64,000 bases of DNA from a virus. Lineage: Duplodnaviria > Caudoviricetes. Below are positions 62,197-64,000 of the stretch, piece by piece. Location: positions 3,818 through 67,817 of the IMG/VR virus record IMGVR_UViG_3300025389_001380; one strand, written 5' to 3'. The translations under genes were made by a program, and so were the position numbers. How positions within the stretch are numbered: the first letter of the stretch is position 1; each line of letters opens with the position of its first letter. The notes below the pieces were generated by a model that saw only the letters and a list, made by a program, of their open reading frames with translations, did not search any database and was not told the origin of the DNA.

Positions 62197-63384
62197 ATGG
62201 CTACAGCTACTAAGAACCGCGTTCTCGAGAACACGGGTATCTCTCCGTCCCGCCTTAAGATGGCGTTGCAACACAGCATCAACCGCAAGCGTCCAATCTT
62301 CGTTTGGGGCCCTCCGGGCATTGGTAAATCTGATATCGTTGCTGAGGTTGCACGCGAACAGAATCGCCCGTTGATCGACATCCGCTTGCCGCTGATGGAG
62401 CCAACGGACGTGCGCGGTATCCCTTATCTCGCTGAGGTCAAGGTCTATGACGCAGAAGGCAACTTGGTGCGCGATGAACAGAATGTGCCGCTGACCGAGA
62501 AAGTGTTCAAGTGGTCCAATCCGTCGGACTTGCCCACTGACCCCAACAGCCGTGCATTGGTGTTCTTTGACGAGATGAGCGCAGCACCGCCCAGCGTTCA
62601 AGCAGCTACCTACCAGGTGATCCTCAATCGCAAGATTGGCACTTACGAGCTGCCCAAGGACGTGGTGATCGTTGCTGCTGGTAACCGCGTGAAAGACAAG
62701 GGTGTTGCATATAACATGCCCATGCCGTTGGCCAATCGCTTCTCGCACGTCACGCTGGACGTCAGCATCGACGACTGGAAAGAATGGGCACTGCTTAACC
62801 GCGTGCACAAGGACGTGGTGGGTTATCTCAGCTTCCAACCCAACGACTTGATGAACTTCCAGCCCAGCACAGACAGCTATGCGTTCGCTACGCCTCGTTC
62901 GTGGTACTTTGCGTCAGAGTTGCTGCAGGAGCCTAACAAGGACGGCGACATGGTAGACGTGCGCTTGCCTGACGAAGTCTTGGGCGATCTCATCAAGGGT
63001 ACAGTTGGCGAAGGTCCAGGCATCAAGTTCATGACCTATCGCAAGCAGGCTGCCAACTTGCCCAACGCCAAGGACATCTTGGAAGGCAAGGTCACCAAGC
63101 TGACCAGCAAGCAGATCGACGTGATGTATGCGCTGACCACCGCGCTGTGCTATGAGCTCAACGATGCTGCTAAGAATGCCAAGACAGATTCTAAGGCAGA
63201 CGATGCATTCCAGAGCAAGGTAGACGTGTTCTTCCGCTTCATCATGGACAACTTCGAGGACGAGCTGGCTGTGATGGGTGCCAAGACCATCTTGGGTACC
63301 TACAAGCTGCCTATCAAGGCACCTAAGCTCAAGAACTGGACTGAGTTCTGCAAGCGTTACAGCGATCTCATCCCTGCTATCTAA
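62197..63384 (+). CDS. MoxR-type AAA+ ATPase (395 aa)
   Basis: WGPPGIGKS, DVRGIP, FFDEMSAA, AAGNR, LANRF and TPRSW. Confidence 0.88.
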   Translation: MATATKNRVLENTGISPSRLKMALQHSINRKRPIFVWGPPGIGKSDIVAEVAREQNRPLIDIRLPLMEPTDVRGIPYLAEVKVYDAEGNLVRDEQNVPLTEKVFKWSNPSDLPTDPNSRALVFFDEMSAAPPSVQAATYQVILNRKIGTYELPKDVVIVAAGNRVKDKGVAYNMPMPLANRFSHVTLDVSIDDWKEWALLNRVHKDVVGYLSFQPNDLMNFQPSTDSYAFATPRSWYFASELLQEPNKDGDMVDVRLPDEVLGDLIKGTVGEGPGIKFMTYRKQAANLPNAKDILEGKVTKLTSKQIDVMYALTTALCYELNDAAKNAKTDSKADDAFQSKVDVFFRFIMDNFEDELAVMGAKTILGTYKLPIKAPKLKNWTEFCKRYSDLIPAI

Positions 63385-63411
63385 ATAACATACAGGGCGT
63401 CAGCTTAGTGG

Positions 63412-63439
63412 TTGACGCCCTCGTAATACGTGCTATTAT
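63412..63439 (+). promoter_or_regulatory. Sigma70-type promoter TTGACG-N16-TATTAT within a 9-bp inverted repeat (63394-63421)
   Basis: agggcgtca...tgacgccct overlaps the -35 box. Confidence 0.65.
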
Positions 63440-63459
63440 GGTTCATCGGAGGTACACTC

Positions 63460-64000
63460 ATGTCATTTCAACGAGATCCAATCGCCAAGAAGATCAGCCA
63501 AGCACGCTTAGAACTGCTGTTCAAAGCACCGTTCTTTGGCACGCTCACCATGCAGCTGCCGCTGGTAGATGCCACTGATGCAGGATGGTGCACCACAGCT
63601 GCCGTTGACGGCCGCAACATCTATTACAACCGCGATTTCTTCAAGGACCTCGACGTAGACGAGGTCAAGTTCGTGCTGTGCCACGAGGTGCTGCACGTTG
63701 CGCTTGATCATTTTGGTCGCCGCACGCACCGCGACCCCAGCTGGTGGAACATGGCCAACGACTACGTGATCAACGGCATGCTGGTAACAGATAAGATCGG
63801 TAAGATGCCTACCAAGAAGGTCGCCGACGTTGACGAGAAGGGCGAGACCAACCAGCGTGTGGGCCTCTACGATGACAAGTATCTGGGTTGGACTTCTGAG
63901 GCAGTGTATGATGACCTCGAGAAGCGCAAGGTCAAGAAGCAGATGACGTTAGACGTGCATCTCGAGCTTGGTGCAGACGGCAATGGCAAAGGCAAGGGTC
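63460..64000 (+). CDS. DUF2201/VWA-associated HEXXH metallopeptidase-like protein, partial
   Basis: Read by hand (not in the track): MSFQRDPIAKKISQARLELL...PFFG...TAAVDG...YYN...VLCHEVLHVAL.H..RR..RDP..WNMANDYVIN; GGAGG SD; usual partner of a MoxR ATPase. Confidence 0.85.
   Translation, partial: MSFQRDPIAKKISQARLELLFKAPFFGTLTMQLPLVDATDAGWCTTAAVDGRNIYYNRDFFKDLDVDEVKFVLCHEVLHVALDHFGRRTHRDPSWWNMANDYVINGMLVTDKIGKMPTKKVADVDEKGETNQRVGLYDDKYLGWTSEAVYDDLEKRKVKKQMTLDVHLELGADGNGKGKG

Noticed and set aside
62164-62838. Minus-strand 224-aa ORF
   Set aside because: Antisense to the MoxR ATPase, which has the promoter, SD and all motifs.

Overview
This 64-kb window is a fragment of a large dsDNA tailed phage (T4-like/jumbo-type gene content), read in the standard genetic code. 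I found no tRNA, rRNA or CRISPR array. Layout: (1) 1-23064, minus-strand virion/fibre block with very large Gly/Asn/Thr-rich and collagen-like (Gly-X-Thr) proteins; (2) 23183-26167, phoH, conserved hypotheticals and a phosphoribosyltransferase; (3) 26212-33301, minus-strand sugar/glycosylation operon (NTP-transferase, cupin, form IV RuBisCO-like protein, GDPD-like protein, GT-like protein, two TPR-GT2 glycosyltransferases) interrupted by a GIY-YIG homing endonuclease, with a holin-like gene upstream; (4) 33393-37619, dnaJ-def-clpA module; (5) 37659-47744, more collagen/fibre proteins; (6) 48673-57918, a second GIY-YIG endonuclease and a 7-deazaguanine DNA-modification cluster (DpdL-like, GT-B glycosyltransferase, DpdA/TGT-like, folE, queD, queE; no queC/queF in the window); (7) 58529-64000, methyltransferase, RNase H-like nuclease, small early genes and a MoxR AAA ATPase plus DUF2201/VWA-type partner. 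Two promoter classes recur: late-type (A/C)TAAATA and sigma70-type TTGACR-N13-TGCTANNNT. Most notable: a candidate riboswitch-like pseudoknot/anti-SD switch before queD; an endonuclease insertion that left the old dpdL N-terminus stranded upstream and supplied a recoded replacement; a phage RuBisCO-like protein in a glycosylation operon near Thr-collagen fibres; and a glycosyltransferase embedded in the deazaguanine cluster. All family calls are from motif recognition by eye; no database searches were run.
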